Virus record (IMG/VR): IMGVR_UViG_3300047496_000213
Location: 1-64,000 of that record
DNA from: a virus
Direction: 5' to 3' (one strand)
DNA length: 64,000 nucleotides
Within the stretch, counting starts at the first letter, position 1, and each line of letters starts with the position of its first letter. Positions 29,194-39,510 of this stretch are shown here, one piece after another. The notes under the pieces are model-generated. The model did no database searches, was not told the DNA's origin, and saw only the letters and a list, made by a program, of their open reading frames with translations. A program made the position numbers and the translations under genes.

Positions 29194-30543
29194 ATGGAAA
29201 CCGAGACCCGTAGCATTTTCGAAATTCCCGCCGAGAATATGTCAAAGTTTCAAGAGCAAATGGTGAAGTTGTCAAAGAAATCAGTTCGTCTCATTGGCCT
29301 TCCCATCGCTCCCCTGGTCTTCAGCCACGAGACCCGCGAGATGGCGGACGGTCAAAAGCATCGCGTTTATAGTGTCATGCTGACTGCCCAAGTCCCTCAA
29401 CTGGAAGGCTGGACTTTCGTCGCTCGTCTCGATCACGCCAATGAAACCGGGACTGTTATTCGGATGGTTCCCAATACGGGCGTTGAACTTCCTGAACAAT
29501 ATCGCCACGCTAAGAATACCACGTGCGATCATTGCCGTGTTAATCGTTACCGGCGCGACACTTTTGTCATTCGTAATGATGAGACTGGTATCTTTAAGCA
29601 AGTCGGAAGCCAATGTCTGAAGGATTTCTTCGGTCATGACCCCTACAAGATTGCCAAGCTAGCCGAATTGCTTGGTTATGCCGATGAATGCGCTCGGGGC
29701 GCCACGCATTTCGATGGTCACGCCGACCTTCGTTTCATCGATCTGGAAGATTTTCTTAACTACGCCGCCCATTCTGTTCTTACTAACGGTTGGGTTTCTG
29801 GAAAGGCCGCTTTCGAAAATGAACGGCTGACTTCGACTCGGGAAAATGCTTCAATCATGATGCACATTGATTCCGAAGCTCGTCTTCGTGGCCGCTCTGC
29901 TGAAACTATCATCACCGAAGCTGACCGCGCTCTTGCCGCCGCCGCTCTGGAATGGGCACAAAGCCTTGGTGAAAAGTCTTCTCTGAACGATTACGAGCAT
30001 AACGTTCTCGTGATTGCCAATGCGACCATGATCGAGCCTCGCTCTATGGGTATCGCTGCTTCCATCGTCGGCGTTCATTACATGAATGTTCAACGGAGCC
30101 AACCTACGGTTTCTCGCACCGCCGAAATCAATAGTTTTCACAAGGTTGCAGAATTTCTCGCCGCCGCCAAGCCTAAGTTTCCGAAGATTCGCCTTCAACT
30201 GGAAGACAAGCGTCCTATCGTCCTTTCGGTGGCCGGTCCCGATGCTTCGTGCCCTGGTACGATCAACATCACTGATGGCGGTCCTTACGGATCGAATATT
30301 TGGTATGGCCGCGTTTCTCGGGATGGTAAGTGGACTCGCAGCAACAAGGTGGATCAATCCACAATGACCAGTCTCGTCACTCTCTTGACGGCTCTGGGTA
30401 ATGATCCGGCTGGCGTGGCCGCGTCTTACGGACATCTTACCGGCCATTGTTGCATGTGTAATAGGCCGTTGAGTGACGAGCGTAGCACCCGCATGGGTTA
30501 TGGGTCTACTTGTGCTAAGAAATGGAATTTGCCATATAATTAA
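29194..30543 (+). CDS. Zn-binding phage protein with C-terminal DUF6011-like domain
   Basis: CDHCRVNRYR...QVGSQCLKDF; CCMCNRPLSDERS..MGYGSTCAK. Confidence 0.75.
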   Translation: METETRSIFEIPAENMSKFQEQMVKLSKKSVRLIGLPIAPLVFSHETREMADGQKHRVYSVMLTAQVPQLEGWTFVARLDHANETGTVIRMVPNTGVELPEQYRHAKNTTCDHCRVNRYRRDTFVIRNDETGIFKQVGSQCLKDFFGHDPYKIAKLAELLGYADECARGATHFDGHADLRFIDLEDFLNYAAHSVLTNGWVSGKAAFENERLTSTRENASIMMHIDSEARLRGRSAETIITEADRALAAAALEWAQSLGEKSSLNDYEHNVLVIANATMIEPRSMGIAASIVGVHYMNVQRSQPTVSRTAEINSFHKVAEFLAAAKPKFPKIRLQLEDKRPIVLSVAGPDASCPGTINITDGGPYGSNIWYGRVSRDGKWTRSNKVDQSTMTSLVTLLTALGNDPAGVAASYGHLTGHCCMCNRPLSDERSTRMGYGSTCAKKWNLPYN

Positions 30544-31034
30544 CTACGAGAAATATGTTTCCAAGTTCTGTTATTTCTTATGTCACAGACAGAACTTGGA
30601 GATATTCCGTATAGCTTGGCTGTTTCTGTGGTAGAAATTTCCATTTTTAAAATATTTATAACATCTTTTTCGGACAATTTGGCATGACCGCCTCTTTCGC
30701 CTCGCGCCCAATTTGGTTCCTTATAAGGACGTATTATTCTTCTTCTTTCTGGAACCTGTAAAAATTTTAATTTTTTTCTTTCCAAAAATATTATGGCTCC
30801 GTCGTAAAGATAATTGTAGAATTGAATGGTAGTTTCCTTAGAAGTAAAATTAATATAATACGCTCTGTTGCCACATTTAATAGAATTTTTCATTGGTAGA
30901 ATACATTGTAAATCTTCAGCAAACTCCAAACTTGCCGTACAAATATTAGCTTTGCATAAAGGTTTTCCATCCATACGCCAAAACACACAACCATCGGCAT
31001 CAAACACGCCTCGTATAAAATGTTTCACTACCAT
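30540..31034 (-). pseudogene. 5'-truncated LAGLIDADG homing endonuclease with C-terminal HTH
   Basis: Only the second motif (HFIRGVFDADG) is present; GERGGHAKLSEKDV HTH; no plausible 5' half. Confidence 0.6.
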
Positions 31035-31065
31035 ATAAAATAAAATGCTTGACTTAATCCTCACG

Positions 31066-31113
31066 CATGATAATATTTTCTTATAATTTCATGATAATAT
31101 TTTCTTATAATTT
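31066..31113. repeat. 24-bp tandem duplication overlapping an early promoter
   Basis: catgataatattttcttataattt x2, downstream of TTGACT. Confidence 0.85.
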
Positions 31114-31125
31114 ATGGAGAAACGT

Positions 31126-31323
31126 ATGTCCAAGAAAACTCTGAATGAAAGAATTCTTGAGGCCGATTTTTGGGGCAACAAATACCTTGGGGATTTCAAC
31201 GAACTGGTTGAATCTGGCTATCCTGAATCTGGTTCTAAAGCGCAAAAGCTTTACGGTAAGGGTCAATTCTGGCTTGATCGATATAACCTTCTCACTGGAA
31301 ATGGCGAGAAGGAGCCAAAGTAA
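31126..31323 (+). CDS. Hypothetical protein
   Basis: SD GGAG, start MSKKTL. Confidence 0.65.
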   Translation: MSKKTLNERILEADFWGNKYLGDFNELVESGYPESGSKAQKLYGKGQFWLDRYNLLTGNGEKEPK

Positions 31324-31958
31324 TGACCGCGCAAATCATTGATCAGGAAACTATCGACAAGGTAATCAACGGCGTAGACTATGGTAAGAAGCCACGGTTG
31401 CTCGCCCGCTCTCCGGAATATATTTTGATTTGGATTCCCACCCAGATGATAGCAATCAAGCGTAAGATTACCCGCGAGACAATTACTATTTGTGCGGTCG
31501 CGAGGCTGTCAGGAGCGGTCTTTTTAAACCATGCTACCGCGATAGATAAAATCTTTGGAAAGGGTTCCTACGTCCTTCTGGCGCCGAATAAAACGGTAGT
31601 TTTTGACGACTGCAAGCCATGGTCGATTTATGGAAATGAAGTTCCGATTGGCCCCCACAATTTCGGATATTCGGCCGAGATGGAAAAGAAAGTCATTCGT
31701 GACCGGCTGAAGGCTGAAGGTATAACAGATGAAACCGCGCTGCATTTTGCCGTGGAAACCGCCTATATCGAGGCTCATAAAAACGACTTAACCCTTCGTG
31801 AGCGTCAGGATATTTGGATGGCTAACTTTGTTAAAAAATCCCAAGAACCTAAACCGGTTATTTTCACAAAAGAAGAAATTGAATTTCTAAAAGATCATTT
31901 TGATATGGCGAATGATCCGACAGCACAAAGCATTTTGGCCAAAGTTAGGAAGCTATGA
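31323..31958 (+). CDS. Hypothetical protein
   Basis: TAATG coupling. Confidence 0.65.
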   Translation: MTAQIIDQETIDKVINGVDYGKKPRLLARSPEYILIWIPTQMIAIKRKITRETITICAVARLSGAVFLNHATAIDKIFGKGSYVLLAPNKTVVFDDCKPWSIYGNEVPIGPHNFGYSAEMEKKVIRDRLKAEGITDETALHFAVETAYIEAHKNDLTLRERQDIWMANFVKKSQEPKPVIFTKEEIEFLKDHFDMANDPTAQSILAKVRKL

Positions 31959-32323
31959 TGGACACAAAAGCGGGTTATCTTCTCAAGATCAATACATGGG
32001 AAAATGATCTTGACTACGAAACCACCACCGAACTTAATGGTTTAACGGCTGATGAGGTTAATTTCTATCTCGATATTGCCTTTTTATTTCATAAGAACAA
32101 AAATCATAGACCGGGTGGATATGGTAATAGCGACATAAGTTCCAATTCGGATAATCTTTACGAAGAGATTGACGCTATAATCGAACTTGCCAAGGTTAAA
32201 GGTGTAACCATTCCTAAGAAGTGGGTAGTTGATCCGGAATTTGATTATCGAGTGTTCGATAGTTTCCAAGTTCTGTTTTCTCCAGAACCGATTAAGGACG
32301 TAACCGAAACTTTTTTCAGATAA
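31955..32323 (+). CDS. Hypothetical protein
   Basis: ATGA coupling; INTWENDLD motif. Confidence 0.6.
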   Translation: MMDTKAGYLLKINTWENDLDYETTTELNGLTADEVNFYLDIAFLFHKNKNHRPGGYGNSDISSNSDNLYEEIDAIIELAKVKGVTIPKKWVVDPEFDYRVFDSFQVLFSPEPIKDVTETFFR

Positions 32324-32404
32324 TATGAACCTGTGTCACGATATAAAGTCTAAATTGTGTGATACAATCAAGCTATAATAACCAATCTTACATAGGAGAA
32401 TATA

Positions 32405-33094
32405 ATGAACAATCTTGAAAACATTAAGAACCGCATTCGTGCTCTTAGTGAGATGACTGTAACCAATGGTTGTTCTGAAGCGGAATCCTTGACTGCCATT
32501 AATATGGTGGGAAAATTGCTTGCCAAATATAATTTGAGCATGACGGAATGTGAACTTCGCGAAGAACTTTGTGAAACTTCATCAATTCATACTGGGTCCA
32601 AGCATTCTACGGGTATTGCTTTTGCTGTCGTTGGAATTGGAGAATTCACGGACTGCAAGGTTTGGACTTCTCGATCTTCTACGCAAGTTTCCTATAATTT
32701 TTTTGGACAAAAGTCTGATGTAGAAATGGCGTTGTATCTTTATCGTGTCATGGTCATGGCCATGACGACAGAACTTATGGCATTTAAAATGTCTTCTATT
32801 TACAATGGGTCAAAAAGTAAGAGGGGAGCATCATCTAATTTTTTGAAGGGTATGGGTATTCGAATTTCCAATCGTTTGAAGGAAATGAAGAATCAAACGA
32901 CGTTCAATGAAATTGACTCTCGCGGCAATGCTCTTATGGTTCTCAAAAGCCAACTGGTTAATCAGCAATTTTCCACGTTAGATTTAAAACTTCGTAGCAA
33001 TAAGTCAATTTTGGTTGGTAATGATGCGTTCTTTGCTGGTAGTTCTGCCGGAAATCGAGTAAACATTTCTAGGCCCATTGATAATAGAGGATGA
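32405..33094 (+). CDS. DUF2786/DUF7168-like protein
   Basis: IRALSEMTVTNGCSEAES...KLLAKYNLS; FFGQKSDVEMA. Confidence 0.75.
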   Translation: MNNLENIKNRIRALSEMTVTNGCSEAESLTAINMVGKLLAKYNLSMTECELREELCETSSIHTGSKHSTGIAFAVVGIGEFTDCKVWTSRSSTQVSYNFFGQKSDVEMALYLYRVMVMAMTTELMAFKMSSIYNGSKSKRGASSNFLKGMGIRISNRLKEMKNQTTFNEIDSRGNALMVLKSQLVNQQFSTLDLKLRSNKSILVGNDAFFAGSSAGNRVNISRPIDNRG

Positions 33095-33100
33095 ATTCGA

Positions 33101-33499
33101 ATGAATCTTGTCGGCGCGAAAATTGAAGAAATTGTTGGTATTATCAACTACATTTCCAAAAATGGAGAATGGAAAAAAGTTAATGAATATTGGTTAATGA
33201 CTGGTTCTATTGCCGGAATAAATTTAACAGTAAGACAAAAATATTATGACACAAGACTTATTAGTATTTCTATATTAGGCAGCGGATGGTTAGTTTCTTT
33301 TGCCGTAAACAAACGAAGACCACATACCTTTCCCGCTGATAAAATTTCAGTAGATTGTTTCCTTGTTCTCCCCCTCGTATCCTTTACGGACGAGACGTAT
33401 CTCGAAAAATTTTGTTTACATTCTGAATGCGTATTAAGTCCAGAACTGTTTAAAACACAAATGTCATTATTAAGGCTGTTTAATAGCGAATGGAGTTGA
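33101..33499 (+). CDS. Hypothetical protein
   Basis: ORF with SD GAGG. Confidence 0.55.
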   Translation: MNLVGAKIEEIVGIINYISKNGEWKKVNEYWLMTGSIAGINLTVRQKYYDTRLISISILGSGWLVSFAVNKRRPHTFPADKISVDCFLVLPLVSFTDETYLEKFCLHSECVLSPELFKTQMSLLRLFNSEWS

Positions 33500-33548
33500 C
33501 TTATTTTCGAATTATGATAAATTATATCATATTCGAAGGAGAAATATT

Positions 33549-33737
33549 ATGTCCAAACGCTCCAATGCTCAAGATAAACGCCGCCAAGTCCGCCGGGCTT
33601 TGAACTCTGCCCCTGAATTCTTCGGTCGTCTCGGAAATAGTCGTGCTCGAAATATCGGTTATGGTTCTGGCCTGTCATCGTCTTACATCAAAGATACTTC
33701 TAAACGTAAGTATAATGATCATCTTGGTGACAACTAA
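33549..33737 (+). CDS. Small basic protein
   Basis: TTGACT promoter, SD AAGGAG. Confidence 0.6.
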   Translation: MSKRSNAQDKRRQVRRALNSAPEFFGRLGNSRARNIGYGSGLSSSYIKDTSKRKYNDHLGDN

Positions 33738-34108
33738 TGGCTTTTTCATGCTGGCTAATTTCTGAAGAAAGTCGCGCGATGCTGTTGGCGCGCTTTCCTC
33801 CTAAGTTTCCTGATGTGATCGCTCATCACATCACTTCGTCTATTGGGAACATCAAGTTCCTTAACCCGCCTCCCGAAGCCACAATCAAGGTCATCGGGTA
33901 TTCTACGGATGACGAAGGTTTGGAAGCGTTGGTAGTCAGTATTGATGACACCCAAGTAAATTCTAATGGAAAGATATTTCATATCACTTGGTCATTGGAT
34001 CGAAATCTTGGGTATAAGCCTATGCATTCCGCCAATATCATTGCTGAATTTGGTTGGCAACCAATTGATCCTATTCAAATAAAAGGGATACCATCAGTAT
34101 TCAATTAA
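33737..34108 (+). CDS. 2H phosphoesterase-like protein
   Basis: Two HxT motifs: AHHITS and FHITWS. Confidence 0.7.
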   Translation: MAFSCWLISEESRAMLLARFPPKFPDVIAHHITSSIGNIKFLNPPPEATIKVIGYSTDDEGLEALVVSIDDTQVNSNGKIFHITWSLDRNLGYKPMHSANIIAEFGWQPIDPIQIKGIPSVFN

Positions 34109-34113
34109 CATAG

Positions 34114-34150
34114 CTTATCGTAGAAATCTACTTATCGTAGAAATCTACTT
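34114..34150. repeat. 17-bp tandem duplication directly upstream of a late promoter
   Basis: cttatcgtagaaatcta x2, then ggATAAATA. Confidence 0.85.
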
Positions 34151-34180
34151 GGATAAATACTATTTTTAAAGTAGGTTTTT

Positions 34181-34672
34181 ATGAGCGGACCCTATAATTT
34201 TTTGACTGGATGCCCACCTGGATTATTCACTGGTTATAAGCTTGATGATACTAATTCTGGGCTAACGACCGTTACGCCTCCTGGATCGTTAGATATTGAT
34301 AATGGTCCAATTCCTGGCTACGTGATTAGCATTCCAGGCCGATACTTCTTTCATGCACAAGTAAGTTTTTTCGCTAATGTGGGAGAACCATTTGCTATAT
34401 CGGCGCAAGTTTCGATCATTATGGTTCGAGACGGTAGTTTACTTCGAAGAGTAGCAGCATGTAATTCTGGTTTCATGGTTGGAAATTCTATAAATGATAT
34501 TTCATTATATACCAATTTCACAGTTGAAGCGAGCACATATCAACTCATGGAAGTTGGCGATATGGTTTTTGTTCATGTTCTTGATTTGTTCCCTGATACT
34601 GGACCATCAAGCTACATCAAAGTCAATCTAGCCGATCCTGAAAATAGTTTTTTTGAAGGGTATAAGGTTTAA
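34181..34672 (+). CDS. C1q/TNF-like beta-sandwich protein, probably structural
   Basis: PGRYFFHAQV, LMEVGDMVFV, SFFEGYKV. Confidence 0.6.
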   Translation: MSGPYNFLTGCPPGLFTGYKLDDTNSGLTTVTPPGSLDIDNGPIPGYVISIPGRYFFHAQVSFFANVGEPFAISAQVSIIMVRDGSLLRRVAACNSGFMVGNSINDISLYTNFTVEASTYQLMEVGDMVFVHVLDLFPDTGPSSYIKVNLADPENSFFEGYKV

Positions 34673-34674
34673 TT

Positions 34675-35703
34675 ATGGTTGATAACATTTATATTACAAA
34701 TAATGGACCAGATATGGCCAATTCTGGTAGTATTTACATACCTCCGAATGAAGTGGGTAGTAATGCAATAAATTATTCTTATGTTTTAAAGTCTGGTTCT
34801 ACGATGACTGGTCCATTGCATCTTAATGCGGACCCTACATATTCAGATGAAGCCGCAACTAAGAATTATGTAGATAATGCGGTATCAAATGCCAGTTCTA
34901 ATTCTAATGTAACTTCTGTTGCATTTAAAATTCAGTCTCTATACAGAACTTCTTCTCTACTATTTGATGGCAATTCCAGTGTTTATATATCTAATTTAAA
35001 TGCAAATGATACAAATTTTTATACTTTTTCTGCATGGTATCAGCAATTTGAGGATTTAACCAATAGCACATCCAATGTTCTTTTTACTTCTGGACCAACC
35101 GGAACAGAGCAATATGGAGAAGATGCCATGGATTTAAATTTCTTAGCATTAGCTCCACCAGAAGAAGGTTGGACCGCGTATGCTGGAAATTATAGTGGAT
35201 ATTTGGATTCATATATTCAGATGGATAATGCTGGTTCTTTTCAAGGAAATTCGGGAGTATGGCATCACGTTTTTCTTGCTGCCGATTTGACGGGGATGCA
35301 CAATTTAAAAATATATGTTGATGGTGTCGATGAAACTCAATCCATTAGCGGCGGGGGTTCTACGGCTACCATCAATATTAATGGTAATAAATTTCAAGTA
35401 GGTAGTGATGATTTCGGAAATAATTTTAATGGATTATTAGCAGAAGTATGGTTTGATACGAGCAGTTTTTTTGAAGAGGATGGAACTATTTCTCCATATA
35501 CTCTCTCGTTATTCAGAGACCCGACTCTTAATATTCCAGTTTATCTTGGTCCAGATGGCTCATATCCAAGTGGTTTGCAACCTGCTGTATATCTTAGATG
35601 TGAAAATTGTAATCTTGGAACATTTTTATTAAATTTGGGTTATGGTGGCAATTTTGTTTCTAGTGGTAGTTTAGAAACTAGAAACGGTCCAACTTCTTTT
35701 TAA
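34675..35703 (+). CDS. Fibre/adhesin-like protein with LamG (concanavalin A-like) domain
   Basis: GSTMTGPL.LNADPT...AATKNYVD fibre motif; TFSAW, WHHV, KIYVDG, FNGLLAEV. Confidence 0.75.
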   Translation: MVDNIYITNNGPDMANSGSIYIPPNEVGSNAINYSYVLKSGSTMTGPLHLNADPTYSDEAATKNYVDNAVSNASSNSNVTSVAFKIQSLYRTSSLLFDGNSSVYISNLNANDTNFYTFSAWYQQFEDLTNSTSNVLFTSGPTGTEQYGEDAMDLNFLALAPPEEGWTAYAGNYSGYLDSYIQMDNAGSFQGNSGVWHHVFLAADLTGMHNLKIYVDGVDETQSISGGGSTATININGNKFQVGSDDFGNNFNGLLAEVWFDTSSFFEEDGTISPYTLSLFRDPTLNIPVYLGPDGSYPSGLQPAVYLRCENCNLGTFLLNLGYGGNFVSSGSLETRNGPTSF

Positions 35704-35712
35704 GGAACTAAT

Positions 35713-36540
35713 ATGATACCAATAGTGACAGCATTTTTTGATATTGGACGAGGAACTTGGCCTAATGGTGGTGGTCGATACGGAACTGCCGATTCTCTTC
35801 GACTAAATGTTCCTACTTCAGAATATATAGAAAGATTTACCTATCTATGCAAATTGCAAAATGACATAGTAATTTATACCTCTTCCGATTTGGCTCCTCG
35901 TATTAAAGCTATATGTGATGCTTCTATTGGTAAACGCACGATCATAGAGGTAGATTTTCATAATGATTTTGCTGTTAATAGGCAACAAATTCAGCAAGTA
36001 ATGGATGCACCTACGTTTAAGGATAAGATTAATCCTTTGAAATTATTCAAGCCAGAATATTGGAGTGCTGATTACGTATTGGTTACAATGTTAAAGGCAC
36101 ATTTTGTTGCTGATGCTGTTAGTAAAAATTTGGTTCAGGGTGATAATATTGCTTGGATTGATTTTGGGTATTGTCGTTCTGAAAAAACTATAAATGGTTT
36201 GACTTCTTGGAATCATGCCTTTGATCCGACAAAAATTCATATGTTTAATTGTTTAGATGTTAAGGCAGAGGCAACTCTTGATGAAGCGGAAGCACATGTT
36301 CTTGAGATGGCTGCAAATGACTATGTAGCTATTTTTGGAGCCGCTGTCATAGCACCAGCAGATAAATGGACAGTATTAGAATTAGATATGATTCAATCTT
36401 TGGGCTGGTTGATGTCTAATGGTCTTGTGGATGATGATCAGTCTCTCTGGTTAAATGCTTATTATCGTCATCAGGAAGATTTCGAATTGCATAAAATTTC
36501 ATTTATTCGTCCGTTTAGACTGTTTATCGATTTCGATTAA
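35713..36540 (+). CDS. HtrL/YibB (WlaTC) family glycosyltransferase
   Basis: IVTAFFDIGRGTW, PEYWSADYVLV, AWIDFGYCR, DDDQ. Confidence 0.85.
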   Translation: MIPIVTAFFDIGRGTWPNGGGRYGTADSLRLNVPTSEYIERFTYLCKLQNDIVIYTSSDLAPRIKAICDASIGKRTIIEVDFHNDFAVNRQQIQQVMDAPTFKDKINPLKLFKPEYWSADYVLVTMLKAHFVADAVSKNLVQGDNIAWIDFGYCRSEKTINGLTSWNHAFDPTKIHMFNCLDVKAEATLDEAEAHVLEMAANDYVAIFGAAVIAPADKWTVLELDMIQSLGWLMSNGLVDDDQSLWLNAYYRHQEDFELHKISFIRPFRLFIDFD

Positions 36541-36564
36541 GTTGATAATATCTATAAATACGTC

Positions 36565-37230
36565 ATGCGCTATGTTGAAATAATTTCCGAAGGCCGCGAT
36601 GCTCCGTTATTTCGTGGGTATAAAGATAAAGAATTCGCCATCAAGGCTATTGAAGATAATGAAATAGTTGGATCAACTACTCAAAGATTTTGGCCAGACG
36701 GAAAACGTAGAAAAGATAATGAACCGGATTATCAGAGTTCTTATTGGATGAAGGGCGCCAGTTTCACCAGAGATTTTAATTATGCGGCTTCTTGGGGTTG
36801 TGTCGTATTAGAAATAGATCAAATAATACTTACACAACGAACAAAAATTATGCCTTTAAATTGGGGTTATAGTATCCCTAGTGGTAATGATCATAAAAGA
36901 GAGCGGGAAGAATTCGCTATAACAAAGAAAACACCAGACACATACAATGATATAGATGCAGATGGGGAAGAAATTCCGACAAAGTTCAACTACAAAAGGT
37001 TCTCCAAACCAGAAGGCGCGATTAAAAATCTTGATAAGATGCTTTTGGGAATATATGTTGATTGGCGAAAAATGGATCATCCAGAGAAAATAAAAATTTT
37101 ACTCGATCACCCAAAATTTAAAGGATTATACAAAATACGCGACAAAACCGCCATTTTACTTCCTAGAAACATAGTAATTACTCCAGAAGATGTTAAGAAA
37201 TACTGGGATACATGGAAACTAGGCGATTAG
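36565..37230 (+). CDS. ADP-ribosyltransferase-like protein, putative virion internal protein
   Basis: MRYVEIISEG, PLFRG, ASFTRD, EREE; TATAAATA 4 nt upstream. Confidence 0.6.
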   Translation: MRYVEIISEGRDAPLFRGYKDKEFAIKAIEDNEIVGSTTQRFWPDGKRRKDNEPDYQSSYWMKGASFTRDFNYAASWGCVVLEIDQIILTQRTKIMPLNWGYSIPSGNDHKREREEFAITKKTPDTYNDIDADGEEIPTKFNYKRFSKPEGAIKNLDKMLLGIYVDWRKMDHPEKIKILLDHPKFKGLYKIRDKTAILLPRNIVITPEDVKKYWDTWKLGD

Positions 37231-37461
37231 TCAATGCGGCGCGCCGTAGGCTAGGCGCGACATTGCTGTAGTTACCGGGATAATGGTCCAGCACATCCTT
37301 TCGTTTAAGTTTCTAAAGGTTGTTGTTAAATAAAGCGTGTGTTTAATTCCAGTTCGTTGTGTTTCTAGTCGGGCGGATATTTGCGCCGCTCTTTTATTAG
37401 AAAATTGCCACCCGTGTTCCTCTGTTTTATTTATCATCGTAAAAAATGGCGCGTTGCTCAT
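37231..37461 (-). CDS. Hypothetical protein
   Basis: SD GGAG; TTGACG upstream. Confidence 0.55.
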   Translation of the reverse strand: MSNAPFFTMINKTEEHGWQFSNKRAAQISARLETQRTGIKHTLYLTTTFRNLNERMCWTIIPVTTAMSRLAYGAPH

Positions 37462-37551
37462 AGTTTAAACTCTCCCTGTTTAACTCTCAAAACGTTATAG
37501 CGGTGGGGCTATCAGCCGTCAAGACGCATTTCGCCATGACGGAGTAATGCA

Positions 37552-37860
37552 TTACGGCAGGGTTCTGGATTGCAGGCTCACAAAATGAGTCATCGGGAAA
37601 AACAATCGCATTAACGTCCTGTCTCTTTCCAAGTCAAATGTAAAAGAACCGTATTTTTCACTGAAAACCATGATACCTTTACAATTAATCTCACACCATT
37701 TCCGTATCTCTTCGAGAGATTCACGAGTATAGAATTTTTCATTCAATAATTTTTGATGCTCTGGGTTATATGTTCCCAACCAATATAGACGCGCATTCGG
37801 ATACATTCCATATCTCTGTTCAAGTTCTATAATGGGATGCTCATACCAAAATTTAGCCAT
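37552..37860 (-). CDS. Distant FKMFW-family protein
   Basis: IRKWCEINCKG...FTFDLERDRTLMRLFF. Confidence 0.6.
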   Translation of the reverse strand: MAKFWYEHPIIELEQRYGMYPNARLYWLGTYNPEHQKLLNEKFYTRESLEEIRKWCEINCKGIMVFSEKYGSFTFDLERDRTLMRLFFPMTHFVSLQSRTLP

Positions 37861-38437
37861 TCAAAAAGTCCAGTTCCCATTCAATGTTAAAAATAGCTTG
37901 GTCATTCATTTTGGTCATAACGTTGAAGATTGGGTTCTTCTTGAAGTTTTTCAAAAAAGTTGACCTACCAATCACAAATGCTTCTCGTCCGTAATGAGAA
38001 TATTCTTTCCAAATATCGCCACTATATTTCTGATAGGTTTCTAGAGGCTTAGAAAAGATCGCTAAATCAGCATCATTCATGAAAGGCCAAAGAGGGTCGC
38101 CACTTACGTAATTTTGATGGTCTTTTGTGCCCAATACAAGCCCTACAGGGCGCGTCATCCGAGAATGAGCCATCAGAGCCTCGGCACTTTTTTCTTCGCC
38201 CCCTGGTCCCATTAAATAATCATGTAGAAAAAATGCCAGCTTGAGAATGGATCGTTCTTTTTCAGTTAATGAACTACCTAGAATATCAATAGTCTCAAAG
38301 CCTAACCGCAAATGTGAAAGATCATGATAGAAACGATTTTTTTCAGAATACGCCGCGACTACTTTATGAAATAAAGGCCAATTGAACGGCAAGCATAGCT
38401 CTATATGAATATCTCTCCATTGATGTAAAAAATACAT
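37853..38437 (-). CDS. HD-domain phosphohydrolase
   Basis: RFYHDLSH, FFLHDY, EEKSA, DADLAI. Confidence 0.85.
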   Translation of the reverse strand: MYFLHQWRDIHIELCLPFNWPLFHKVVAAYSEKNRFYHDLSHLRLGFETIDILGSSLTEKERSILKLAFFLHDYLMGPGGEEKSAEALMAHSRMTRPVGLVLGTKDHQNYVSGDPLWPFMNDADLAIFSKPLETYQKYSGDIWKEYSHYGREAFVIGRSTFLKNFKKNPIFNVMTKMNDQAIFNIEWELDFLNG

Positions 38438-38721
38438 TAACGTTTCCTGCGATTACTTAGGCGACTACTGTCAACGAAATCTAATGGTTTATTTTTTACC
38501 CATTTGACGAAATTTTGAATATCAGGATGACATAAAAGCTTGTCAATCGTGTTATAAATTCTCGCCAGTTCGTTTTCAGAAAAGGTAGAATGAATTTTCT
38601 TGTGGCAAACCGTATGAAGATTTACCGTTGGTCCATTTTTACCACCTTTTAATTTTGGGATCAAATGATGTTTGTCGGCTGATCCAGGCACGATGTCTCG
38701 TTCACAAAGAGGGCAATTCAT
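38437..38721 (-). CDS. Small HNH protein (YisB-like)
   Basis: CPLCER...HHLIPK..GG...LHTVCHKKIH. Confidence 0.85.
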   Translation of the reverse strand: MNCPLCERDIVPGSADKHHLIPKLKGGKNGPTVNLHTVCHKKIHSTFSENELARIYNTIDKLLCHPDIQNFVKWVKNKPLDFVDSSRLSNRRKR

Positions 38722-38744
38722 GTCTGTGTTTCTCTATTTTCATG

Positions 38745-39473
38745 TCAAGCGTGTTTTGTTCTTCCGACATATTTCTCTATCATAGCCAAAGCCAATTCCA
38801 TGTTGTAACGAGCGTCATTACCCCCACAATGAGGGTTAGGCGCCGCTACACCAAAAGAAGCCGCTAAATCGCTCAAAGATTTCCCTTCCATATCATCGGT
38901 TACGACCGAAACTAAGTGTGTATCCAGCACCGGTTTTTCCGGGATATCTGCGCCAAGAATTTGCAAATATCCAATGTCATATTTAATACTATGGCCGACA
39001 TAATAATGGCATTTATTTGCCATATCATGCACTTTTTGCAATAAAATATTTAGCGGAAGATTTTTAGTTCGACCGAAATCAAACTTTATCCTTCTAGCTT
39101 CAGCATCAATTCGCTTTAAATTGACACTTACAAAACCATCGGCAATACTATAAGTCGTCAATCCAACTTCTTGGAAACCATGTCGAGCGTTTTGTTCAAC
39201 GTCAAAAGAAAGAATCATCATACCATCATTTAAAATCTGAGCAATATTGCTCAGACGGTTATGCTGGTCAGCGATCCTATCGAGACGCGCTTGACGTTTC
39301 TTCATGAACGTAGCATGAAGACGCAAAACTCCTAGAAATTTGTCAATTCTAGCTTTCTTTTCGTAATATTCAGGGTAATCAAGTTCGATCCCATGCGGCC
39401 CTTCAGGGAACTTCGCACGAAACATCACACCTAAAACCTTCTTAGCCCGACTCTCAATAGCAGCGAGATTCAT
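38745..39473 (-). CDS. DEDDh 3'-5' exonuclease
   Basis: SFDVE, VGHSIKYDI, LDT, PHCGGNDA. Confidence 0.8.
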   Translation of the reverse strand: MNLAAIESRAKKVLGVMFRAKFPEGPHGIELDYPEYYEKKARIDKFLGVLRLHATFMKKRQARLDRIADQHNRLSNIAQILNDGMMILSFDVEQNARHGFQEVGLTTYSIADGFVSVNLKRIDAEARRIKFDFGRTKNLPLNILLQKVHDMANKCHYYVGHSIKYDIGYLQILGADIPEKPVLDTHLVSVVTDDMEGKSLSDLAASFGVAAPNPHCGGNDARYNMELALAMIEKYVGRTKHA

Positions 39474-39510
39474 AATATTATATCCTTTCTATTAAGAAAT
39501 TAACATAATA

